From Myxococcota bacterium (GTDB lineage Bacteria; Myxococcota_A; UBA9160; UBA4427), in NCBI GenBank assembly GCA_041440805.1, contig JASDVF010000008.1, positions 54,466-93,063 of the forward strand: a stretch of 38,598 nucleotides of DNA. Direction: 5' to 3'. The stretch's first letter is position 1. The number at the start of each line of letters is the position of its first letter. Of this stretch, positions 28,870 to 38,598 are shown piece after piece. A model generated the notes under the pieces. The model was not told the origin of the DNA and did not search any database. It worked only from the letters and a program-made list of their open reading frames with translations. A program made the position numbers and the translations under genes.

Positions 28870-29616
28870 TCAGTAGACGCCCAGCATCCGCCCGGACATC
28901 GCGAACACCGCCACGACCAGCATCGCTCGGATCAGTCGCTCGCCACCGGCCAGGGCCGCGCGTGCGCCGAGCTCGCCGCCCAAGGCAAAGCCCACTACGA
29001 GTGCCGACGCGAAGGCCCAGTCGATCTGGCCTTCCAGTATGAAAACCGGCACCGCGACCAACGTGAGGGCGCCAATAATCACAACCTTGACGGCGTTTGC
29101 GCGCACGAGATCTAGGCCGCTTCGCGCGAGTGCGGCGATCAGGAAGAGGCCCACCCCGGCTTGGAGCGCGCCGCCGTAGAGTCCGATTGCAAAGAAGATC
29201 GCTGTATTTGCGATGCGAGAACGAGGCGGCGCAGCCGTTTCTGGATCCCCCTTCGGTCGTCCGCGAAGCATCGGGTACAGAAGTGCGATCATCGCGACGC
29301 CGAACACCTGCCGAAACATCTCAGGAGACATACGCGCAGCGAGCGCCGCACCGATCGCCGACCCGACGAGCACGGGTATGAGAAGCGGGACCGCTTCTTT
29401 GATTCCATCGAAGCCCTTGCTTCGAAAGCGCCAGACCGCGACGCCATTCTGAAACAACACGCCGATCCGGTTGGTGCCGTTCGCCACAGTGGCAGGCAGC
29501 CCAAGAAACACGAGCAGCGGCACTGTGATCAGCGAGCCGCCGCCCGCGAGTGTATTGATCACGCCTGCGATCAAGCCGCCGGCGGCGAGCAGGAGCCATG
29601 TGCTGAAATCGTCCAT
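28870..29616 (-). CDS. Sulfite exporter TauE/SafE (TSUP) family membrane protein
   Basis: AGVINTLAGGGSLITVP, ANGTN, IGLYGG.LQAGVG, RANAVK; multiple TM helices. Confidence 0.9.
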   Translation of the reverse strand: MDDFSTWLLLAAGGLIAGVINTLAGGGSLITVPLLVFLGLPATVANGTNRIGVLFQNGVAVWRFRSKGFDGIKEAVPLLIPVLVGSAIGAALAARMSPEMFRQVFGVAMIALLYPMLRGRPKGDPETAAPPRSRIANTAIFFAIGLYGGALQAGVGLFLIAALARSGLDLVRANAVKVVIIGALTLVAVPVFILEGQIDWAFASALVVGFALGGELGARAALAGGERLIRAMLVVAVFAMSGRMLGVY

Positions 29617-29893
29617 TGGGGTCGGTCCCTATGCGCGGCGGTTGGCCGGAGTGAATGATTCGGCGGGAATGGCTGTTCGATGGACCTTCGAGCGAAGGAC
29701 TGATCGCGAGAACTGCAGGGCGAGACGATGTGAGGTGTCCGTGGGCATTCTCTTTCCGTTCTCCCCGTTCTCCGCGCTCTTCTCAGCCGTGGGGTTTTCG
29801 GACGACGGGTCGCCACGGCGCGCCTTAGCATGCAGACTCTGATCAGAGGCCGCCAGGGGGCGTTTGTGCCTCGGCAATCAAGGAGCTCACCCA

Positions 29894-31861
29894 GTGCAGA
29901 TCGGAAGCCAAAACGAACAAGCTTGTGGCGATTGGGATTCGCCGATCGGATCGGCGGACCTCGTACGCGGCGCGCTGCGTCTTTCGGCGCCCACGATTGA
30001 AGCGGGTCGGCTCTATTGGCTCGAGGGGAGGCCGGACGAAGGGGGCCGTCAGGTGCTGATGCGGGCGAAATTGCCCGAGGCGACCGCGGTTCCCGCTCTT
30101 CTCGATGTCGAAGAGGTGTTGGCTCGGGACGTTAATGTGCGGACGCGGGTTCACGAATATGGTGGCGGCGAGTTCTGCATCTGGCGCGACCGCGTTTACT
30201 ACGTGGACGATGCGGATGGGCGGATCTATCGAGCGAGTCCCGGTACAGCGCCCGAGCCGGTTGTTCCGGCGGGCGCGATGCATGCGGATCTCGTCGTGTC
30301 GCCCGAAGGTGATTGGCTCTTCTGCGTGGAGGAACGCGCGCGGGAAGCCCGCGAGCCAGAGAATCGAATTCTTGCGATTCGGCTCGACTCTGACGGACGG
30401 GCGAAGGATGGACCTCGGGTGGTTGCCGCAGGGCACGATTTCTACGCATCCCTTTGTTGTTCACCGCAGGGCGACGAACTCGCGTTTCTCGCATGGGATC
30501 ATCCGAATATGCCGTGGAACGGGACCGTTCTCGAAAGGATTGCATGGGGACAAGAGGGCGCACGGGGGGAGGTCCGGCCGTGCGCGGGTGGGCGGCGCGA
30601 ATCTCTCTTTCAACCCGGCTTTGCGCCAGACGGCCGACTCTTTGTTGTTTCGGATCGATCGGGCTGGTGGAACCTAACGTGCGTTCGGGAGTCGGGACTC
30701 GAAGCCATGCACGCGGACCGTTTCGAGATTGGCAGACCGCAATGGGTTTTTGGCATGTCAGCATGGGCGTTCTCGGGAGAGAAGGTGCTAGGCGCGGCGA
30801 CGGTAGACGGTGTTGATACTCTCGTTGAAATCGATATCGAGAGTTGTTCTTCTCGGGATCGGTTGAGTCGCTTGCAGTCGATTTCCGGCATCGTTGCCGG
30901 CGACGGCTGGGTCGCTTGCGTGGGGGGCGAATCGGAAAGGGCTGCCGGCCTGTATCTGTGGAGTGCAGCGGGCGGGGGACCCGAGTGCGTGCGCGAAAGC
31001 AGTCCGCTCGAGCTGCACGCCGATTCGATTAGCCAAGCCATCCCGATGTCTTTCGATTCAAAAGACGGGCGGACAGCGCATGCCTTTCTTTATAGGCCAA
31101 AGTCCGGGAGCCAAGCTCCGCGTTCGGGAGAGCGGCCGCCCTTGTTGGTGAAGAGTCACGGGGGGCCGACGGCAGCTGCGAGCGCCGCCCTTGATCCACG
31201 GATTCAATATTGGACGAGTCGAGGCTTTGCGGTCGCGGATGTGAACTACGGAGGGTCGTCGGGTTTTGGTCGCGCCTATCGGGATCAGCTGAAAGAACGA
31301 TGGGGCGTGGTCGACGTCGAAGACTGTGTCGCCGTTGCACGTTCCCTCGCGGCGGAAGGTCTTGTCGATGGAGATCGACTGGCGATCAGCGGCGGCAGTG
31401 CCGGCGGCTATACGACCCTTTGTGCCTTGACGTTTCATGACGCTTTCGCGGCTGGAGCGAGCCACTACGGGATCGGGAACCTCGAAGCGTTGGCGCAGGA
31501 CACGCACAAATTCGAGTCGCGCTATACCGACTGGCTCGTAGGGCCTCTGCCTGAGACCCAGGCACGTTATGTGGAACGTTCACCCATCCATCACGTCGAG
31601 CGACTCGCCTGCCCCGTAATCTTTTTTCAGGGACTCGAAGATAGGGTCGTGCCGCCCAACCAGGCCGAGTCGATGGTGGCTGTGCTCGCCGAGCGCGGTT
31701 TGCCGCACGGCTACGTGCCCTTCGAAGGGGAGCAGCACGGCTTTCGTCGCGCCGAGAATATCCGGACGGCGCTCGACGGTGAACTCTATTTTTACTCTCA
31801 GGTGTTTGGCTTCGATGCACCGAAGCCCGAGGGTGTCGAGGTCGTGGGCGCGCGTACGTGA
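29894..31861 (+). CDS. S9 (prolyl oligopeptidase / acylaminoacyl peptidase) family serine peptidase
   Basis: HGGPT, VNYGGSSGFGR, catalytic GGSAGG, QGLEDRVV, EQHGF; GTG 29894 after AAGGAG. Confidence 0.93.
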   Translation: MQIGSQNEQACGDWDSPIGSADLVRGALRLSAPTIEAGRLYWLEGRPDEGGRQVLMRAKLPEATAVPALLDVEEVLARDVNVRTRVHEYGGGEFCIWRDRVYYVDDADGRIYRASPGTAPEPVVPAGAMHADLVVSPEGDWLFCVEERAREAREPENRILAIRLDSDGRAKDGPRVVAAGHDFYASLCCSPQGDELAFLAWDHPNMPWNGTVLERIAWGQEGARGEVRPCAGGRRESLFQPGFAPDGRLFVVSDRSGWWNLTCVRESGLEAMHADRFEIGRPQWVFGMSAWAFSGEKVLGAATVDGVDTLVEIDIESCSSRDRLSRLQSISGIVAGDGWVACVGGESERAAGLYLWSAAGGGPECVRESSPLELHADSISQAIPMSFDSKDGRTAHAFLYRPKSGSQAPRSGERPPLLVKSHGGPTAAASAALDPRIQYWTSRGFAVADVNYGGSSGFGRAYRDQLKERWGVVDVEDCVAVARSLAAEGLVDGDRLAISGGSAGGYTTLCALTFHDAFAAGASHYGIGNLEALAQDTHKFESRYTDWLVGPLPETQARYVERSPIHHVERLACPVIFFQGLEDRVVPPNQAESMVAVLAERGLPHGYVPFEGEQHGFRRAENIRTALDGELYFYSQVFGFDAPKPEGVEVVGART

Positions 31862-32937
31862 AACGACTCGCTTCTACTTATGGGCTCCGGGACTTGGCGG
31901 GATCGACAGCGCGTCCATCTTTTGTTCTTGGCGTGCTTGTTGTCGCCGTCCTGCTCGGCTGTGTTCCGATGGTGGGTGGCTGGGATGTGGACGCGCTTCA
32001 TTCGGAGCTGCCCGCACTCGGTCACGGAGCGCCGAACCGAATCGGAGACCTAACGCCCTATCCTGCGCTGGTCGGCGATGCGCTTGCGCTGGTTGTTTGT
32101 CGTTTTGAAGAGGCGAACGTGGTCCGGATCGAGGTTGAAGGCGATGACTGGCCAGAAGAATGGTCGCATCGCGCACTTCCGGCCTTGGGCTTTGATGGCG
32201 TTCGTCTTGAACTGGCGGCAGCCGGCGACGTGAATTCAGCCGAAGCTGGGCAGCGGATTCGCGTGCAATCGATTGCCGGGCCGGAGGCGTTGGGGCCTGT
32301 AGGTTTGGGGGATACCTTGGCAGAATGCGATGTCTCCTCGGCAATCGCACAGGATGGACATGCTTTGAGTCTAAGGCGAGTGACCGGGGTCCTACGCGAG
32401 GTCACGATTCGGTTGCGTCGAAGACTTCGGCAGCAGACGGGGAAAGTCTTCGAGGCGAGCGAAGCGGAGTGGGGCGCCGCGTTTCTTCACGAGCTCGCGC
32501 ACGGGCTTGGCTTTGCGGGGCACGTGGCGACAGGCGAGTCCGTCGTGCAGCGCGAGCAGAGTGGCTTGCGATTGATCGGGCGGAGCGTCGCAGAGGGGCG
32601 TCGGATTCCGACGCCGAACCTTGATGCGCTGTACCGAATTCCGACTGGATACGTGTTAGGCGAAGCGAATGTCGATGCGGGCGCGGCCGAATTGCTCAGA
32701 GCGGTCAGTCAATTGGTTGCGGAACGAACGGAGCGCGTCGGGCCTCCAGTCGGGCCAAGGGCAACCGCGGGGGACCGGGAAGCACGCCTTGCTTGGCGAT
32801 GGCCCGGAGGACTCGCGATCGCACTTCGTTTCCCCGACTGGAGCGGCGAGCTTAAACGCAAAGAGCCGATCACGGTAGAGCCAAGCGCCGCGACCCGCTT
32901 ATTGCTCGAACATCGTAGGCGAGCCGAGAATCTCTGA
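31858..32937 (+). CDS. Putative lipoprotein with zinc-metallopeptidase motif
   Basis: Hydrophobic stretch ending LLGC; HELAHGLGFAGH; GTGA overlap with the S9 gene. Confidence 0.6.
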   Translation: MKRLASTYGLRDLAGSTARPSFVLGVLVVAVLLGCVPMVGGWDVDALHSELPALGHGAPNRIGDLTPYPALVGDALALVVCRFEEANVVRIEVEGDDWPEEWSHRALPALGFDGVRLELAAAGDVNSAEAGQRIRVQSIAGPEALGPVGLGDTLAECDVSSAIAQDGHALSLRRVTGVLREVTIRLRRRLRQQTGKVFEASEAEWGAAFLHELAHGLGFAGHVATGESVVQREQSGLRLIGRSVAEGRRIPTPNLDALYRIPTGYVLGEANVDAGAAELLRAVSQLVAERTERVGPPVGPRATAGDREARLAWRWPGGLAIALRFPDWSGELKRKEPITVEPSAATRLLLEHRRRAENL

Positions 32938-32955
32938 TTCAGCCGTCGAGCATTG

Positions 32956-34449
32956 CTATTGCTTGACGCTCGGTTCGATCGTGCGCGCGCGGGCGATGAG
33001 CTCGTTGGCGAGATCGGTCTTCCCTATTGCGCGCATCACGAGGCCAAGCCGGAAGTGCGTGACCGCATCTTCCTGAGACTGACTGAGTGCGAGTCCTAGA
33101 TGCTCCGCGGCGCGCTCCGCGTTGGCCTTTGGTTTTTTGTACAGCGCCCAGCCAAGGGCTGCTTGATAGGCGGGCTCGTCGGGCCAGAGTTCGACCGCGG
33201 GCTCGAGGTATTCCAAGGCGCCTTCAAAATTGCCCATTTTGGCGAGAATCTCGCCTTTACGGAAGGAGGTCTCCGCTTGAGCAAGTCGTGCGGTATCGAT
33301 CTCCGGCTCTCCGCTGTCGCCCGCATCGTACTCCTTCCGCTTGTCGGCATCGGAGAGCGTCTCGAAGGCCTCGGCAATTCGCGCGAACACCTGAGCGGCA
33401 GGACCTTTGAGGTCGTCGAGTCCGAGTCTTGCGAGCGCATCGGGATGATATTTCTTGGCCGCTTTGAAGTACGCCTTCTTGATCTGTATGGTCGAGGCGG
33501 CTTCGTCTAGCCCGAGTGCGCTGTAGTGATCGAGGCTACCCAGGTTGCCTAATAAGTTTTCAATTTCGTTTCGAAGAGCAGATTCCTGAGCGTTGGTCTT
33601 TGATTTACTGTCAGCATTTTCTTTGGAATCGTCGTCCGCAGGGAATGCGGTTGTAGCCTCGAAGACTTCCACTTCGAAGGCGGTCGGATCATTTCGGAGC
33701 GATGGGCCGCTCGCACCGAGTCGCACTACGCCCGTGTGAAGTGCGGCCCAGAGGGTTGCAGCAGCGAGGGGCTCGCCCGCGCACTCGCCTAGAATTCGGC
33801 CGATCGGAAGATGTTCGTCGAGCTTGCGGATCGCGTTCTCAGCCGGCGCACCTGCAGATGCTAATTTATTGGCGACCTTGCGGAAGCGCGGCGAGATGTC
33901 GCCCTTGGCGTCCTGGACATGCATCAACTCGCGAAAGAGTCGATCGGTTCCCCAGCGCCTCGGGAGTTCTTCTTGGAGAAGGCTGATCAGATCAAAGGCT
34001 TTCGCGCTCGCGGGGCGTGCGGCCGAGTCGGCTCGCTCGGGCCGCCAGGTGTACTTGCCCGCGTTCCACTCGAAGGTTTCGGCTATGCCGCGGCGTGCCT
34101 CTTCTCGGAGTGCTTGATAAAGAGCCTTTGCATCTAGAAAATTGAGCGCAAGTACCGCCGCGGCCTGTGGGCAGCTGCGTTTCTCGGCGAAGCGTTCTAC
34201 CTCGAGGCGCGCAGCCGCATCAAGGCGACGTGTACCCAAAAGGAATTCAGCGAACCTGTCCTGCACACCGGTAGATGCGAAGCCGTAGGGGGTGCCTTCA
34301 AAGACGTCGATGCTTCGCTCGTTCTGACCATGCCGAAGCTCAAGAATACCGGACCTTTGGTCACGCCACGCTTGCGCGAGCAGGAGCGGGACGTTGACCG
34401 CGTCGAGCGAGCCCTCGACGGGGGCATCGAAGAGTGTGAAGTACGACAT
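32956..34449 (-). CDS. DUF4388-like N-terminal domain + J domain + TPR protein
   Basis: EGSL...VP.LL..AW...RSG.LEL N-terminus; J domain HYSALGL...IKKAYFKAAKKYHPD...IAEAFETLSD; C-terminal TPRs. Confidence 0.85.
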   Translation of the reverse strand: MSYFTLFDAPVEGSLDAVNVPLLLAQAWRDQRSGILELRHGQNERSIDVFEGTPYGFASTGVQDRFAEFLLGTRRLDAAARLEVERFAEKRSCPQAAAVLALNFLDAKALYQALREEARRGIAETFEWNAGKYTWRPERADSAARPASAKAFDLISLLQEELPRRWGTDRLFRELMHVQDAKGDISPRFRKVANKLASAGAPAENAIRKLDEHLPIGRILGECAGEPLAAATLWAALHTGVVRLGASGPSLRNDPTAFEVEVFEATTAFPADDDSKENADSKSKTNAQESALRNEIENLLGNLGSLDHYSALGLDEAASTIQIKKAYFKAAKKYHPDALARLGLDDLKGPAAQVFARIAEAFETLSDADKRKEYDAGDSGEPEIDTARLAQAETSFRKGEILAKMGNFEGALEYLEPAVELWPDEPAYQAALGWALYKKPKANAERAAEHLGLALSQSQEDAVTHFRLGLVMRAIGKTDLANELIARARTIEPSVKQ

Positions 34450-34523
34450 GGCGTTAGGTCGCGGTCCGCGTCTCTGGTCGCCGATCGCGGCGGCCTGGTT
34501 ATAGGGGGCGGGTAGGGCTCGGA

Positions 34524-35570
34524 CTAGAGCAGATGTTTTTGTGCGTCTGCGATTTGGAAGGCAGTTGCGATTGCCTGGGTGAGGTCTTTTCGGAGAATAA
34601 GGTGGGACGCCTCAATGCTCTCCATGGCCGCTTCGGATTCGGGAGATACGCCGGTAATCAGGCTCTGCGCATTCCATGACTCGATCGTTTCGAGGATTTG
34701 CTCGAGCGCGGCTGCGCCGAAGCCTTCGTCGAGCGGGCGCCCGCGAAGGTCTACGACGACCACGCGGATTTCAGAGATACCAGGGTCACGGCCTAACATT
34801 TCGACAGTGCCCAGTGCCTCGTCGAGGGTCGTAAATGGCAACACCATGACGGGGCCCCAGATGTTAACGACGGACTGCGATCGATCGAATTGGGCGTTGG
34901 GGTTAGGCAGACCGTCATTGCGTTCAATGGGTGGAATTGTTGCGACCTTGCGGAACGCGTCGAAGGGCACCTCGCGGAGGAGCGATTGTAGCTCCTGGTC
35001 GCCGTTCGCTTCTAAAGCCGAGCTTTCCTGGACTTCGAAACGACAGGCTTCGTCACCGCGGGCCGCGCAGCTGACTTCTCGTGCCACCAGGTGTCGATTC
35101 AATGTGCCTGAAAGCCAGCCGGTTGTGTACCCGGCGCTTATCCAGCAAGAGGGTGATTCAGGGGCACCGAGTTTTGAAACCCGAGCCACGGCCTCATGTC
35201 GTTCGGGCCATGCCCCTTCGAGGGAGAGCGCGCCAGCTTCATCCATGTGTACGCCACCGGTCCATTGCATAACAACGGAAGTGGTGTTGGGGGCGGCGGC
35301 CGCATCCGAAGCCAGATCAGCTCGCTCGCTACAGACCCGTGCAGCGTCACGAAGGCCGTGCAGCAAGCCTATCTGGAAGAGGGCGAGGGAGGCCTTCTGC
35401 GGGCCGAGTTGGTCGTGAAGTTCGACCAGAAGCGATGCGAGGAAACGACCGTCCACGAAGAGTTTCGGGTCGTTCATCAGCACCGTATCAGGGCCGAATC
35501 CAAGGGAGGTGAGCATTTCGAGCTGTTGGCACGGCACGGTCTCGGTCTGAGGCTTGGATGGGGATCGCAT
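34524..35570 (-). CDS. V4R (XylR-type sensor) domain fused to an RsbR-like STAS domain
   Basis: SPSCWISAGYTTGWLS...AREVSCAARGDEACRF (V4R); VNIWGPVMVLP...VVVVDLRG...LITGVSP (STAS). Confidence 0.75.
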   Translation of the reverse strand: MRSPSKPQTETVPCQQLEMLTSLGFGPDTVLMNDPKLFVDGRFLASLLVELHDQLGPQKASLALFQIGLLHGLRDAARVCSERADLASDAAAAPNTTSVVMQWTGGVHMDEAGALSLEGAWPERHEAVARVSKLGAPESPSCWISAGYTTGWLSGTLNRHLVAREVSCAARGDEACRFEVQESSALEANGDQELQSLLREVPFDAFRKVATIPPIERNDGLPNPNAQFDRSQSVVNIWGPVMVLPFTTLDEALGTVEMLGRDPGISEIRVVVVDLRGRPLDEGFGAAALEQILETIESWNAQSLITGVSPESEAAMESIEASHLILRKDLTQAIATAFQIADAQKHLL

Positions 35571-35596
35571 TGGGCGGCGGCCCTTTCTTTCGTTGC

Positions 35597-36724
35597 CTAG
35601 CCTTTGATGAAGGCGTAAATGTCGAATTTTTGATCCTTGGTGATGAAGGACTCTCCTTCCGCCTCCAAGAGCTTGAGGAAGGCGTTGACCACAACGGGAT
35701 CAAATTGGGTTCCCGAGTATTTGTGCAGTTCCTTCACGACGACATCGACCGGGAGTGCCTTCCGGTACGGGCGATCGGAGGTCATGGCTTCAACTGTGTC
35801 GGCGACGACGATGATTCGCGAGGCCAGTGGAATCTGCTCGCCGGACAGACGGTCTGGATAGCCCGCGGAGCAGCCGTCATACCATTCGTGATGATGGCGA
35901 ACACAGGGGACGACGCTGCGCAGAAATTCGACCGGTTCGAGGATCTTCGCGCCGATCTCCGGATGCCGCTTGATCTCTTCGTACTCTTCGTCGTTCAAGC
36001 GGTCGGGCTTGGTGATGATCGCATCGGGGATGCCGATCTTGCCGACGTCATGAAGTAGGCCTGCGAAGTAGACGCGCTCGATGAGTTCCGTGTCGAGGTT
36101 CATCTCGCGAGCGATGCGGGAGGCGTAGACCGCGACGCGTTCGGAGTGACCGCGGGTATACGCGTCCTTTGCGTCGATGGCTTCGGCGAGAGCACGAATC
36201 GTTTGGATATATGCGGTGCGGAGCTCGGTGTTTTTTTCATCGAGCTGCTTGGTACGTTCGCGAACTTTCTCTTCCAGGTTCTTGTTCATATCCTGGAGTT
36301 TGAAGTTCTGCTCACGCGTCACTGTGTTGAGGCGTTTGATCTCGGCTTTTAGATCGTAGTGATCGAATGCTTGCCGGAGCGTGGCCTTCAGTTCCTCATC
36401 GTTCCACGGTTTCGTGATGAGGCGATAGATCTCGCCCTTGTTGATCGCTTCGACGGCGATCTTCATGTCCGTATAGCCCGTCAGCATCATGCGCACGACA
36501 TCGTTGTGTCGGTCGCGTGCGGAGGCCAGGAAGTCGACGCCGCTCATCTCGGGCATCCGCTGATCGGTCACGATCACTTGCGGACCCGCTCGTTCGATCA
36601 ATTCGAAGGCTTCGCTCGGTGTACTCGCAGTGAGCACATCAATGGGTTCGTTCCGCAGCAAACGCTGCAGCGCTTTCAAAATGTTGACTTCGTCATCGAC
36701 GAATAAAACGGTGTGGTTTTCCAC
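35597..36724 (-). CDS. Response regulator with HD-GYP cyclic-dinucleotide phosphodiesterase domain
   Basis: REC: LFVDDE, VTDQRMP, LTGY, KPW; HD-GYP: YTRGHSERV, LLHDVGKIG, HHHEWYDG..GYP, SDRPYRK; GTG 36724 after GAGGGAG. Confidence 0.93.
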   Translation of the reverse strand: MENHTVLFVDDEVNILKALQRLLRNEPIDVLTASTPSEAFELIERAGPQVIVTDQRMPEMSGVDFLASARDRHNDVVRMMLTGYTDMKIAVEAINKGEIYRLITKPWNDEELKATLRQAFDHYDLKAEIKRLNTVTREQNFKLQDMNKNLEEKVRERTKQLDEKNTELRTAYIQTIRALAEAIDAKDAYTRGHSERVAVYASRIAREMNLDTELIERVYFAGLLHDVGKIGIPDAIITKPDRLNDEEYEEIKRHPEIGAKILEPVEFLRSVVPCVRHHHEWYDGCSAGYPDRLSGEQIPLASRIIVVADTVEAMTSDRPYRKALPVDVVVKELHKYSGTQFDPVVVNAFLKLLEAEGESFITKDQKFDIYAFIKG

Positions 36725-37208
36725 CGGAGCTCCCTCGACGAAATCCCGTACCGTCCTTGGCGCAGGAATAGATCGTCGGTGCGGGGCGAACGGCCCGTCC
36801 CGCATGGTTTTCTATCGGCACGGTCGTATCGAAGGCTTAGAAATCCTCCCGTTTCCATTGGGTTCTTGTGAAGTTCCAATGATGTGATCTGCGTCGCCAT
36901 CGCAGCTGACCCGCAGCTGACCGGCAACTTGGGAGCACACCGTATGCACCCCAAGGGTTTTCCCACGGCCTCGACGGGAGATTTATGGAGACTTGTATCC
37001 GGTCAATTCGCGCTCTGAGCCAGCTAAAACATCCTGCCGATGTCTTGTTGCGGCCCAGTTCCGCGGGATTGGGAAATTCTGCTCTGGATATTAGTCTCTA
37101 GTAGGCCGTTAGTTCTCATACTCTAACGTTCAGTCTGGGGCTGGCAAAGGCTCCGGTCGTTTCAGCTCGATTAATCTCGCTTCGATAGGGAGCTTTGTCT
37201 TGTCCCTG

Positions 37209-38323
37209 ATGCATCCCGTTGCCCTCGCGTTCACGGCGCTGACTGGTTTTCAGGTCTCGTGTACGAGGTGACCTGGTAGGAATATCTGGCGACTCTCGTG
37301 GGCTCTCATGCCGAGGCCGCTGCGGCAGTGCTCGGGAACTTTCTTGCGGGCCTGTCGATTGGGTATGGGGTTTTCGGCCGCTCGGGTGCGCGGCGCGTCC
37401 GGGCCGGTGCGGCTGGCGGGCGGCCAGCGCGCCTGCTTGGCAGATACGGCGGCGTAGAAATCGGGATCGGGCTCTACGCCTTCGCCTTTCCGATGCTCTT
37501 CGCTGGGATCGAATCGCTATTGATCGCGATGCCGATCGAGGACTCGGCGCTGCGTTTTTTCGTCGACGTAATGTTGACGGTGGATCTGATCGGACCTTCC
37601 GCGGTCATGATGGGCGCCACGGTTCCCTTCTTGACCCAAGCGCTGCCGATGGGGATGCAGGAAGCCAGTCGACTGCACGCGCAGGTGTATGCGCGCAATA
37701 CGATTGGTGGGGCTTTCGTTAGGATCGTCGCCATTCGATTTCGCGAGCACCGTTTCGGTCTTCGTATTATGCATCGCCTTTGGGAGCCTAACGGTTGGGT
37801 GGGTTCGCCGGATTAACCCCGGGGCTCTCGTCTTGTGTCAAGCGTTGCTCGTGGTCCTATTCCTGTTGCTCGATTGGTCACTCTCTCAAGCACCCTATTG
37901 GGCGTATCGCTTGCGGGTGCTCTTGCCGAGCGAGGCGGACAATTTTCTTCCGTATTGGCTGTCCACTGTTGACGCGACGGTGGTCGTGATCGGTCGGGCG
38001 ATTGCACTCTCCGTTGCGATGCTACGGGTGCTCTTTGATCGTTTGAACGATGACCCGGATCGACTGGCGGATGTGTCGGGGCGCCTTATATGGGTGGAAC
38101 ACGCTGGGGACGTTGTTTTCGTGTCGCGGTCGTGGCGCTGATTACGATGATCGGGGTGCTCGTGTGGGTAACCAAGGGCCGGGAAGGGGAACGCCGGATC
38201 GTCGCGGTCGCGTTATGCCTTTCGTTGTTCGTGGTGGCGCTGCCAAGCAGGGATCGAGATCTGCTTTCGATTGGTCTATTCCTGAAACGCACGCTCGACC
38301 CGGGCCCCGTACTCGGGGCGTGA
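37209..38323 (+). pseudogene. Degraded fused membrane/spermidine-synthase-like gene (may extend towards the window end)
   Basis: Fragments LTGF/SGLVYEVTW*, AVL..FLAGLSIG, YGGVEIGIG, MGATVPFL, YARNTIG, LYGWNTLG spread over three frames; in-frame TAG at 37277-37279. Confidence 0.75.
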
Positions 38324-38598
38324 AGGACCTGACGCAAGCGATGTATCGCGGTCCCGTGACGGCAATCTTTTGAGGATGCGGGGCCTATAGATAATTGCCG
38401 CCGTCCGTTCGGATTCGTGTATTCGCCTGGCGGAACCGGCTGATCTCTGCGCTGAAATCGCTCTGCGTGACTTGTTCCGGCGATTCTCCCGCAGCATCGA
38501 GTCGTGCCTTTCGGCGAAGAACGGCGTGCAGGATTCGAATCCAATCACCGATCGAAGGTTCGCGGGTGTTATTCACGATCGCACTCCAGTCGAGCTCG

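Noticed and set aside
36901-36922. Tandem CGCAGCTGACC duplication
   Set aside because: Two short copies with no supporting context
1-38598. CRISPR arrays, transposases, integrases, prophage or defence genes, rRNA
   Set aside because: No repeat-spacer periodicity or diagnostic motifs seen

Overview
GC-rich bacterial chromosomal segment, mostly core genome. Gene content and order suggest a Myxococcota/deltaproteobacterial lineage (inference). + strand: lptA-lptB-rpoN-ptsN-short hprK-rapZ-EIIA(Man)-HPr, metK, spoIID/lytB-yajC-secD-secF, then a - strand bactofilin, then tolC-like-ispD-ispF-cysS and uvrB-uvrC. The right half is more accessory: a hypothetical gene behind a near-consensus sigma54 promoter, comEC running antisense into an enoyl-CoA hydratase, a divergent L7Ae/YlxQ-like protein, a collapsed PAS-REC kinase remnant, a TauE/SafE exporter, an S9 peptidase coupled to a HExxH lipoprotein, a - strand REC-HD-GYP / V4R-STAS / J-domain-TPR cluster, and a decayed membrane spermidine-synthase-like pseudogene. 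I found no rRNA, convincing tRNA, CRISPR array or mobile element. Best candidates for something undescribed: the HD-GYP/V4R-STAS/J-TPR module, the L7Ae-like gene with box D/C words in its leader, and a bactofilin with two well-formed start sites. All calls come from motif recognition by eye; no searches were run.
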